Shown here piece after piece: positions 38,057-46,892 of a stretch of 64,000 nucleotides of DNA (positions within the stretch are counted from its first letter, which is position 1; every line of letters starts with the position of its first letter). The notes beneath the pieces are model-generated. The model was not told the origin of the DNA. It saw only the letters and a program-made list of their open reading frames with translations, and searched no databases. Location of the stretch: the NCBI GenBank assembly GCA_041690135.1, contig JAWLHY010000004.1, positions 384,001 to 448,000 on the forward strand. Direction: 5' to 3'. The translations under genes and the position numbers were made by a program. Source of the stretch: Armatimonadota bacterium. Lineage in GTDB: Bacteria; Armatimonadota; SYMT01.

Positions 38057-38698
38057 TTATTGGTAGAAGAACACCAGGGCTTTGTTCCGGGACTCCGCCT
38101 CACGGAGCCATCCTTCATACTCCTCCAACAGTTCCCGAACGTCCTCGTCCGTCAGGGGGCCGCGCCGGATGATACGCGAAATGACCAGACCCAGCAGCCA
38201 GGAACCGAACGACCGTCTCGGCTTCTTCCCCGAGGGCGCGGCGGTCTTTAGCGGTCCCTTCTCCATCCTGGCGACGATGGCGGAGATTTGCTCCGGCGTC
38301 AGGAATCCGATTGCCGGGAAACTGTCGTTTGGCGGGAGTTCCACCGGCGGACCGCTCTTGAGCACCTGATCCATCCCGGTCGTCTCCAACACCTGCCACC
38401 GGATGCTCTCCCAGCAATCGGCATCCAGCCGCTCCCCCAGGCGCGCGCAGAGCGCCTCCAGCGCATATCCATACTGGTGCGCGGAACCGACCCTTCGTGC
38501 CTCGCCCATTACGAGGTGCCGGAGTGCTTCGCGCAACGGGATCTCTTCCTCGTCGGCATCTCCCTCGTCGGCTTCATCCTCGGCAAAGACCTCGGGACGC
38601 CCTTCCCGGATGGCGTCGAGTAACGCCTCATCCCGACTTTCGACCGCCCGGCGCAGGTCGCCGAGATCGATGAGGTAAGGTGTCAGCGTGTAACTCAT
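38057..38698 (-). CDS. Conserved hypothetical protein
   Basis: GAGGAGG RBS; typical coding bias; ends ALVFFYQ. Confidence 0.8.
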   Translation of the reverse strand: MSYTLTPYLIDLGDLRRAVESRDEALLDAIREGRPEVFAEDEADEGDADEEEIPLREALRHLVMGEARRVGSAHQYGYALEALCARLGERLDADCWESIRWQVLETTGMDQVLKSGPPVELPPNDSFPAIGFLTPEQISAIVARMEKGPLKTAAPSGKKPRRSFGSWLLGLVISRIIRRGPLTDEDVRELLEEYEGWLREAESRNKALVFFYQ

Positions 38699-38929
38699 TC
38701 AGCCTCCTCACAGGCTACCTGCCGTGCAAGCTCGATACCGACACCCGCCCGGCGCTACCCCTGAATTGATCCCCGGCGATCAGACGGCCTGCGTGCCCGC
38801 TCCGGTTAAGATGCGGCCGGCGTCGGACAACCGGCGGGGGATACGGCCATCCCAATTGAGGATGATGGCACCACATCCGTACAGCAACACGGTAGTCAAT
38901 CGGGAACGGACACCTGCCGCCATTCTGCA

Positions 38930-39241
38930 TCAGGCGGCTGCACCGTGGGGCGGGCGTCTCGCCCGCCTCGGCAGCCGTGCTGCACTGCGGCGGCTGCGCC
39001 GTGGGGTGGGCGTCTCGCCTGCCCCGGCCGACCAGGATTCCCCTGCCATCGGCGTGCATCCCGGTAGTCGCAATGCAAGCAGGTAGGGTCGTGGTCGCAT
39101 ATCCGGCGCAGCCAGGGCCGTCCTCGGCCAGGATCATGCCTCCGCACCCGTATTGCACAACGGTAGCCGCAATGCACGCGGGTAGGGTCGTGGTCGCCGT
39201 CCCCGACCAGGACCTTGCCTTCGGACCCGGAATGCACCACG
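38930..39241 (+). repeat. Mosaic of REP-like hairpins and family-A repeat units
   Basis: gcgggcgtctcgcccgc hairpins; repeated caatgca..ggtagggtcgtggtcgc and ccagga..tgcc..tgcac..cggtag units. Confidence 0.75.
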
Positions 39242-39343
39242 CGCCGCCGTGTCGAACCCCAGCCGAAGCCGCCGCACGGGTGCCCTCTCCGTACCGCACC
39301 GCACGCCGTGCGTCCACGACTTTGCTTCCGCGCCCGGTTTACA

Positions 39344-40144
39344 CTAACACTTCCATCTGCTCATCGTATCGGCAGGATGCATCAGATCCGAAGTGGCAAT
39401 GCCCAGCATCTCCCGCACGCACACCGTGAGTTCCGCCGGGCTGAAGGGCTTCGTGAGATAGCCTTGCGAACCGTCCCGCCGGGCGCGGGGGGCGCAAGGG
39501 TCGGCCGAACTTCCGGAAAGCATGAGGACTGGCAGGTCCGCCGTTGCCGGTTCCGCACGGAGTTCACTCAACACCTCGAACCCGTCCATCCGGGGCATCA
39601 TCACGTCCAGGATCAACAGGTCCGGACAACCCCTCGCCAGCCGCTCCAGCGCCTCTTGACCGCTTCCCACCGTATCGACGAGGTAGTCCTTCCCACGCAA
39701 AATATTCTCTGCCATCTTGCAAATATGCGCCTCGTCGTCGACGATGAGGATGCGCCGAGCGGGCTCGCCGACGCGTAAGAACCAGCGCACTTTGACGGAT
39801 ATCTGGTTCTCGGACGGCGGTCGGACGAGGTAGCCGTCACTTCCTTCCCACTGCCAGCGGTTGGCTTCCAGGTTCCGGAGTTTCTCGGGTAGCATGATCA
39901 CCGGCACTGCGGCCGTCTCCGGATCGCTCCGCAGTCGCTTCAGTACTTCCAGCCCGTTCAGCCCCGGCAGTTGCACCCCCAGGAAGATCAGGTCCGGCGT
40001 CGCATCCGCAACCCGTGCGAGCGCCTCGTTGCCGTCAGGCGTCACCACAGCCTCGCAGCCCTCAGTCCGCACCACGCGCTCCAGGCACTCCCGCACCCTC
40101 GCCTCGCGGTCGACGATCAAGACCCGCGGAGCACCATTACACAT
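39344..40144 (-). CDS. Response regulator with two receiver domains
   Basis: REC1 VLIVDR...LIFLGVQLP; REC2 ILIVDDE...LILDVMMP...TKPFS. Confidence 0.9.
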   Translation of the reverse strand: MCNGAPRVLIVDREARVRECLERVVRTEGCEAVVTPDGNEALARVADATPDLIFLGVQLPGLNGLEVLKRLRSDPETAAVPVIMLPEKLRNLEANRWQWEGSDGYLVRPPSENQISVKVRWFLRVGEPARRILIVDDEAHICKMAENILRGKDYLVDTVGSGQEALERLARGCPDLLILDVMMPRMDGFEVLSELRAEPATADLPVLMLSGSSADPCAPRARRDGSQGYLTKPFSPAELTVCVREMLGIATSDLMHPADTMSRWKC

Positions 40145-40195
40145 GCTCTAGTCCTCCGGCCGAACCGTCCTGCCCTCGCACCCGTTCTGCCCACC

Positions 40196-40291
40196 GGTAG
40201 GGTCGGGTCGCTGTCCCCGACCAGGAATATGCCCTCACTCCCGGAATGCACGACGGTAGGTCCTGGGCGCGCACCCGTCCTGCCGCATGGG
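40196..40291 (+). repeat. GTAG/REP-like element (family A), direct repeat of 39181-39241
   Basis: ggtagggtcgggtcgctgtccccgaccaggaatatgccctcactcccggaatgcacgacg. Confidence 0.8.
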
Positions 40292-40437
40292 CTCCCCCAC
40301 CTGGGGAATGCAAACTTACGAGACAATTGCCCCCTAAATGGTGCATCCGGCGTGTGGCGATCAGATTCTCACGTTGACGGGACACGTCCGGCGGCGTGGG
40401 TTGGATCCCATCCGACAAGTGTTCGAAAGCGGCACCC

Positions 40438-40585
40438 GTAGGGAACGTCTCACCGTAGCGTTCCGCCGGACTGGGGCCGATCCCGTCCCGCCAACTCGTA
40501 GCCGTCCTGAATCAGAACCGGTCCGGATTGGCGCAACCGGATCAGATCCGTTGACGGCGGAATGGAACGGCGTCACATTCCCTAC
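40438..40585. repeat. 148-bp REP doublet (REPIN-like), copy 2
   Basis: gtagggaacgtctcaccgtagcgttccgc ... gcggaatggaacggcgtcacattccctac. Confidence 0.85.
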
Positions 40586-40864
40586 CGTCAGGGTCTCCCA
40601 GGGCCCGCCTTGATTCGAGATCACTCCCGTGGTGGCTGCGATAGTGCGTACGGAAAACACATCTACACTTGCCGGATTCATCCTAAGAAGCGCGGCGGCC
40701 AAACGAACTCCCCGTGCCCGTTCAGGCAGGCCGGCAGAAGAACCAGGCCCAGGATCACAACACAAAAGACGATGACGGTCACCACCAGTGCCGTCTTCCC
40801 GTCCGAAATGCGCGGGGCTACGTCTCGCTCCCTCCGGAAGGGCATCCTTGTACCTCGGGCCGAA

Positions 40865-41173
40865 TTAGCCGCCCCACTCCTCGTAGGCTTCCATTACGTC
40901 CTGCACTTCCTGCGGCAGGGATTCGATGTCCAGGGTGTCCACTCCCACCCACCTCCGCCGGATGCCCTCCCCCTGGATCTCACACCGGATTCCGTGGTGC
41001 GTGTCGGCATCGAACGCCAGCACCGTCACCGGTTTACCCAGGGCCGTGGCCTGGATCGGCGGGGTAACCGCATCCTCCAGCGCTACTCCCCAACCGGACA
41101 TCACCTCGTCATCGGTGTAGGCGTCTGTGGTGACGAAGTCGATGATCTCACGGATACGTTCCGGGCTCGCCAT
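40865..41173 (-). CDS. Small acidic protein, calcium-binding (CcbP-like) family
   Basis: DAYTDDEVMSGW...LED...P.QATALGKPVTV...EAYEEW. Confidence 0.65.
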   Translation of the reverse strand: MASPERIREIIDFVTTDAYTDDEVMSGWGVALEDAVTPPIQATALGKPVTVLAFDADTHHGIRCEIQGEGIRRRWVGVDTLDIESLPQEVQDVMEAYEEWGG

Positions 41174-41348
41174 TTTCCAACTTCCCTTCCTTCGCCCAGT
41201 GGGACTACCTTTACCGTGAATAGTACCACCAGATCGCGCCGACCGCGAGCAGGCTGATCGCCGCGCACCCCAGCGTGAACCGGCGTGCCTCCGGGCGACG
41301 GTCGGCCTCCCACAGCGCCTCGAAGAAGGCAAAAAAGTGGTCCCACAT

Positions 41349-41846
41349 CTAACTGCCGCCCCCCGGAGGCCGGACCCGCATCAGCACACGCTCCACCAGG
41401 CCAGCGATGAAGACCATCAATCCCACGGTCCGTGTGCCCAGGGCGAGGTCGCGAACCGTATCGGGATCCCACGCAGTCATGCTGCCCAGGGCAAACTTTG
41501 GGACGAAGAACTCGCTGATCGGCCCGGCGAACCAGACCAGCAGGATTCCGGAGATCAAGAGAGCGACGACCCACCGGCGCCGGTTCTCCGCCTCGGTCTT
41601 CGGGGTCGCAACGCCGAACGTTGATGCGTTGGCGGCTGTGGGTACTTCCTGGGACAAATTACCGACCAGGGCCGCCACAGCCTGCCACTCCTGCGAAGCA
41701 CGGAGTTGCCCAAGAGTCTGGCCAGTCGCTTCCAGGGCTTGCGCGGTGGGTGCAATCAGTCCCGACCGGACCGACTGACGGATCTCATCCAGCGTGTAGG
41801 GACCCCGGATCGTTCCTTCGGGCTCCGGGCGCAAGTAGAATCGCAA
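41349..41846 (-). CDS. GYF_2/DUF4339-like membrane protein
   Basis: GPYTLDEIRQ..SGLIAP; two C-terminal TM segments. Confidence 0.65.
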   Translation of the reverse strand: MRFYLRPEPEGTIRGPYTLDEIRQSVRSGLIAPTAQALEATGQTLGQLRASQEWQAVAALVGNLSQEVPTAANASTFGVATPKTEAENRRRWVVALLISGILLVWFAGPISEFFVPKFALGSMTAWDPDTVRDLALGTRTVGLMVFIAGLVERVLMRVRPPGGGS

Positions 41847-42253
41847 GATCTCCTCCAGCAGTGTGTAGCCAGCCCTCCAAACACCCCCAGATTAGCGCAA
41901 AAAAGCACGCCTCGTCAAAGCTGCCGAGGACCAGACCCGGCCGGCGAAGGGCAGCCGTTGGGACAACTCTGTGAGGGCCTGGCCGCTTAACCCAGAAGTA
42001 GGAAAGCGTGACAAAGATTTCATCCTATTGACCCTAAAGTTGATCGTCATAGCAAGCCAACATTAGGACTGGAAAGCTGGTTTGCTAGCCCGAACACGCG
42101 AGGGCTGGCAGTAACCCGAGCGGCCACGACCGCACCCCACCGAGGAAATCCCTCAATCGGGCCTCCCGCTCTCCACTTCCCCGGCCACGTCCGGGACACC
42201 CGCACGCCGGGTGCAATCAACAACACTGGCTTGATCAAGAAGGAGTAGTACTC

Positions 42254-45200
42254 TTGTCTACGCCGCTTCAACTCCCTACAGGGAAAGCGGCGAGGTTGAC
42301 GGCTGCCGCCGGCACCATCCTCGCTTCTCTCCCGTTCCTGGCCTCCGTTGCTTTCGCCGGGAACCTGCTGCAATACAGCGAAGAATTCGACAAGTGGACG
42401 ATGGTCCGCGGCACGAAAGTGTCGCCGAATGCTTACCCCGCCCCGAACGGCACTCAGACGGCCGACAGCCTGATCGACAGCCCCAGCATCAACGGGGCTC
42501 GAGTGGCCGCCAATACCGTCACCGCCACGGATGGCGGCGTGTACACCTTTTCGGTCTACCTGAAGGCCGGCTCGCTCACCAAGGCCGTTCTGGCCACCCG
42601 CAACGGTCCCACCGGGGATCACAGCGGGCTCAAATTCATCACTCTCACCAACACCTGGCAGCGTTACCACGTTACGACCGCTTCGCTGAAGCCGGGAAAA
42701 CCCATCACCGCTGAGATCCACCCGGGCGACTACGATCGGGAGAAAGGCAATATTTACGCCTGGGGCGCGCAACTCGAGCCGGGTAATACCCCCACCGAGT
42801 ACCAGAAGACCCCGCTCTCCACCCCACCACCCACGGACACGACCGCTCCCGCCGCCCCCGCCGGCCTTAGCGCCCAGGCCGGGACGAGCGTGCAGTTGAC
42901 CTGGAATGCAAATACGGAGGCGGACCTCGCCGGCTACCGCGTTTACCGCGCCATGGCCGGCTCCACCAGCTTCAGCCAGATCGGCACCCCCACCACCCCC
43001 GGGCTGAACGACGCCAACGTGACGGCGGGGTCCTCCTACACCTACCGCGTCACCGCCGTGGACAAGACCGGCAATGAGAGCGCCCCGGCGAACGTGTCGG
43101 CCACCGTGCCGGTGCCCGACACCACGCCTCCGGCCGTCCCCGCCGGCCTCAGCGCCCAGGCCGGGAAGCCGGTCCAGCTCGCATGGACCGCCAACTCCGA
43201 GACTGACCTGGCCGGTTACCGTGTCTACCGCGCCGCCTCCGGCTCCAGCACCTTTGCGGTGATCGGCGCGCCCAGCACCGCCGCACACGCGGACAGCAAC
43301 GTCACGCCGGGCCTCGCCTATTCCTACCGCGTCACGGCCCTGGACAAGACCGGTAACGAGAGCGCTTCTTCCAACGTGGTTTCGGCGGCGATCCCGGTCG
43401 ACGCCCCCAGCGGGCTCAGCGCCATCGTGGCTCCGGGGCAGGTAGAGCTGCAGTGGACCGCTCCCGCCGGCAGCATCGCCGGCTACCGTGTGGAGCGCGC
43501 CGTGGATGGCTCGACCGCGTTCGCCCAGATCGCGGCGCCTAACGCGACCAGCCACGTGGACACCGCCGTCAGCGGCGGAAACACCTACACCTACCGCGTC
43601 ATCGCGGTCGGCACCGCGGGCCACGCTAGTGTGCCCTCCGCTAGCGTGACGGTACCTGTGCCGGACGTTATTCCGCCGGCTGCTCCCGCCGGGTTGGTTG
43701 CCGCCGCGGGCAAGCCGGTCCAGCTCAACTGGACCGCCAACAGCGAGCCCGACCTGGCCGGTTACCGCGTCTACCGCGCCGAGTCCGGCTCCAGCAGCTT
43801 CGCGCCGCTCGCCGAGACCACCAGCCCCTCGCACTCCGACAACAACGTCACTCCCGGTCTGGCCTACTCCTACCGGGTGACCGCGTTCGACCGGAGCGAC
43901 AACGAGAGCACGCCTTCCGCGACCGCTTCCGCGACCATTCCGGTTGAATCCCCGAGCGGTCTCACGGCCTCACTTGTGGACGGCAAGGTGGCCCTGCAAT
44001 GGACCGCTCCGGCCGGCAGCATCGCCGGATACCGCGTCGAGCGCGCCGTGGATGCCTCGACCAGCTTCGCCCAGATCGCCGCTCCCGCGACCACGAGCTA
44101 CCTGGACGGCAACGTCGAGACCGGCAAGACCTACACTTACCGCGTGAAGGCGGTCGGCACCGCCGGCAACGAGAGCCCGGCTTCCGCCACGGCATCCGTT
44201 TCGATCCCCACGCCCCCGCCTCCGGCCGACGGCGGCAGCGAGAGCAACGGCGTTAACCTGATCCACTACAGTGAAGAGTTCGAGAAGTGGACCCCCATCC
44301 GCTCGCCCAAGGTCAGCCCGGACCTGGCCACCGCGCCGGACGGGCAGCCCACGGCGGATCACCTCTACGACAACTCGGCTCGCGACGGCGCCCGCATCGA
44401 CGCCAACACCATCACCTCCGAAGGCTCGGAATACACCTACTCGGTCTACCTGAAGGCCGGCTCGGTCAACACCGCGGTCCTCTGCGTCCGCAACGGCCCC
44501 AACGGCAACCATTCCGCCTTCAAGCAGGTCACGCTGAGCGACCAGTGGCAGCGCTTCGCGGTCACCACCCCGGTGATCCCCGCGGGCGGGCCGATGACTC
44601 CGGAGATCCACGCCGGCCGGTACGACAAGGACACCGGCTTCATCATGGTGTGGGGCGCCCAGTATGAAAAGGGCTCCGTGCCCACCACCTACCAGAAAAC
44701 CCCCGGCGGCACGACCACCCCGCCGGCCGACACGACCCCGCCCGCCACGCCCACCGGCCTCTCCGCCAGCGTCGCGACCGGAGTCAAGCTGACCTGGAAC
44801 GCCAACACGGAAGGCGACCTCCTCGGCTACCGCGTCTACCGCGCCACCACCGAGAACGGGACCTACAACCAGGTGGGCAACCCCACGGAGTCCAACCTCA
44901 CGGACGGCAACGTCAGCGAGGGCGGCACCTACTGGTATAAGGTCGCCGCCGAGGACAAGACCGGCAACGTCAGTCCGCTGTCGTCCGCCGTCTCCGCCAC
45001 CGTCCCGACGACCAGCGTCACGGTTCCGGCGCCGACCGGCCTCACCGCCAGCCTGGCCAACAACGAGATCACTCTGGCGTGGACTGGCAGCACGGGCATC
45101 GCGAGCTACCGCGTGGAGCGGGGCATCAACTCGACCGTGAGCTTGAACACCCTGGGTGAAGCCACCACGACGAAGTACGTGGACGGCCTGATCTCCGGCG

Positions 45201-46675
45201 GCAACAGCTACTCCTACCGGGTGCGGGCGATCGACGCCAACGGCAACGTGAGCGATCCGTCGAACGTGGTGACCGTGTCCGTGCCCTTGCCTCCGCCCCC
45301 CACCAGCGCCGGCGCGCTGAACGTGCGGGACTACGGGGCCAACCCGGCGAAGGACGGCGACGACCGTGCCGCCATCCAGGCCTGTCTGAACGCCGCCATC
45401 TCGCAGGGTAAGGACGTCTATTTCCCGGCCGGCTACTACTGGCTCTCCAGCCGCGTCTACTTCCTCAAGGGCAATAACGTCGCGATCTTCGGTGACGGCA
45501 TGACGAAGTCCATCATCGCCGGCAACACCGATCGCGACTCGCTCCTCCAGATCGAGCGGTGCAATGGCGTGACGGTGCGGGACCTGCGGTTCGAGGGCAG
45601 CCTCACCAACGAGCAGAACACCAACGTCTGGCCCGCCATCGAGCCGTTCCTCTCCAGCGGCACCACCGTCCGCCGCGTCCACACTTACGGCACCGGCTAC
45701 CTGGTCCGCGACAACTCCGCCACCGATACCCTCATCGAGGACGCGGTCTGCGAGGACTACGGTCGCATCGGCTATCTCGTCGGCTCCGGCGGCACCGTTC
45801 GCAACACCAAGTTCGTCTGCCGCCCCTCCTGGGTCTTCGCCGACCAGATGAACGGCATCTACGCCTCCGCCGGCAAGCAGAACATCCTCATCGAGAACAA
45901 CCAGTTCATCCACTGCGGCTCCTACGCCATGACCCTCTGGGGCTCCAACTCCGGCGTCTGGACCGAGAACGTCACCGTGCAGCACAACCTGTTCGAGCGC
46001 TGCGACCGCGCCCTCGTGATCGCCGCCTCGGCCAGCGGTCCCGGCTACCGCAACGTGAAGTTCCTCAACAACACGGTGCGGCAGTGCGCGGACAAGAGCA
46101 TCCACATCGGCAAGTTCAACGGCAGCAACGCCGACGGCACCGCCCTGGTGATCGACGGCAACGTGTTCGAAGACCCGGGCTCGGATATGGCGATCTTCCT
46201 GACCAACTGGAACGCCAGCGGCCCCATCACGGGGGTGCGGATCACCAACAACGAGTTCCGGCAGCCGACGAAGAGCGCCTACTACGGGCTGTATCTGTGG
46301 CAGAACAGCGCCGCATTCTCGGACATCCTGGTGGAGAACAACACGATCAGCGACATCGGGCACAACGGGACCACGGAGAAGGCCCACTGCGGCATCTACC
46401 TCCGCTCCGGCACCGTTACGATCCGCGGTAACACCCTCTCGCACTGGCAGTATGCCGGCTACGGGATGACCGTGGACGCCCTGCGGATCGACTCCGGCGC
46501 CACGAACTGCGTCATCACGAACAACACGTTCAACGGCACCGGCGCTCCCGGCTGTTACGGCGCGCGGATGACGTCGAGCGGCAGCAGCACCAACGGAAGC
46601 ATCACCAACAGCCTCTTCCGAAAGGCGAAGCTGAACCCGAACGGCATCCCGACCAGCGGGAACGTGATCGAGTAA
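42254..46675 (+). CDS. Large secreted protein: 2 CBM/phage-fibre-like domains, 7 FN3 repeats, C-terminal beta-helix (paralogue 1)
   Basis: AAGGAG RBS with TTG start; signal peptide; NLLQYSEEF...WGAQLE; FN3 WxAN.E.DLAGYRVYR; LNVRDYGA..DDRAAIQA...VYFPAG.Y. Confidence 0.93.
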   Translation: MSTPLQLPTGKAARLTAAAGTILASLPFLASVAFAGNLLQYSEEFDKWTMVRGTKVSPNAYPAPNGTQTADSLIDSPSINGARVAANTVTATDGGVYTFSVYLKAGSLTKAVLATRNGPTGDHSGLKFITLTNTWQRYHVTTASLKPGKPITAEIHPGDYDREKGNIYAWGAQLEPGNTPTEYQKTPLSTPPPTDTTAPAAPAGLSAQAGTSVQLTWNANTEADLAGYRVYRAMAGSTSFSQIGTPTTPGLNDANVTAGSSYTYRVTAVDKTGNESAPANVSATVPVPDTTPPAVPAGLSAQAGKPVQLAWTANSETDLAGYRVYRAASGSSTFAVIGAPSTAAHADSNVTPGLAYSYRVTALDKTGNESASSNVVSAAIPVDAPSGLSAIVAPGQVELQWTAPAGSIAGYRVERAVDGSTAFAQIAAPNATSHVDTAVSGGNTYTYRVIAVGTAGHASVPSASVTVPVPDVIPPAAPAGLVAAAGKPVQLNWTANSEPDLAGYRVYRAESGSSSFAPLAETTSPSHSDNNVTPGLAYSYRVTAFDRSDNESTPSATASATIPVESPSGLTASLVDGKVALQWTAPAGSIAGYRVERAVDASTSFAQIAAPATTSYLDGNVETGKTYTYRVKAVGTAGNESPASATASVSIPTPPPPADGGSESNGVNLIHYSEEFEKWTPIRSPKVSPDLATAPDGQPTADHLYDNSARDGARIDANTITSEGSEYTYSVYLKAGSVNTAVLCVRNGPNGNHSAFKQVTLSDQWQRFAVTTPVIPAGGPMTPEIHAGRYDKDTGFIMVWGAQYEKGSVPTTYQKTPGGTTTPPADTTPPATPTGLSASVATGVKLTWNANTEGDLLGYRVYRATTENGTYNQVGNPTESNLTDGNVSEGGTYWYKVAAEDKTGNVSPLSSAVSATVPTTSVTVPAPTGLTASLANNEITLAWTGSTGIASYRVERGINSTVSLNTLGEATTTKYVDGLISGGNSYSYRVRAIDANGNVSDPSNVVTVSVPLPPPPTSAGALNVRDYGANPAKDGDDRAAIQACLNAAISQGKDVYFPAGYYWLSSRVYFLKGNNVAIFGDGMTKSIIAGNTDRDSLLQIERCNGVTVRDLRFEGSLTNEQNTNVWPAIEPFLSSGTTVRRVHTYGTGYLVRDNSATDTLIEDAVCEDYGRIGYLVGSGGTVRNTKFVCRPSWVFADQMNGIYASAGKQNILIENNQFIHCGSYAMTLWGSNSGVWTENVTVQHNLFERCDRALVIAASASGPGYRNVKFLNNTVRQCADKSIHIGKFNGSNADGTALVIDGNVFEDPGSDMAIFLTNWNASGPITGVRITNNEFRQPTKSAYYGLYLWQNSAAFSDILVENNTISDIGHNGTTEKAHCGIYLRSGTVTIRGNTLSHWQYAGYGMTVDALRIDSGATNCVITNNTFNGTGAPGCYGARMTSSGSSTNGSITNSLFRKAKLNPNGIPTSGNVIE

Positions 46676-46760
46676 GTCTCAGGGATGAGGGGCTCCGGGA
46701 GTTGCACTTCGCACCGCCTCCCGGAGTTCCCCACCCCGTCTCACCATCTCCTGGCGTGAA

Positions 46761-46794
46761 AAGCGCCGGCTCCCGCGAGCCGGCGCTTTCTCTT
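46761..46794 (+). terminator. Intrinsic terminator
   Basis: aaagcgccggctc-ccgc-gagccggcgctttctctt. Confidence 0.75.
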
Positions 46795-46892
46795 CACCCG
46801 GGGCTGCCCGCCCCAACGTCCGCCAGCCCCTGTCACTCCTTAAGTTCGACCTCTCGATTTCCGGCATTTCCGGCGATCAGGCCCATCCCATC

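Noticed and set aside
38715-39429. Several overlapping ORFs of 114-200 aa
   Set aside because: They translate repeat mosaic DNA with no coding bias or RBS
42050-42250. Riboswitch (e.g. c-di-GMP) in the long leaders of the beta-helix genes
   Set aside because: I could not identify the conserved aptamer motifs by eye; an Infernal/Rfam scan would be needed
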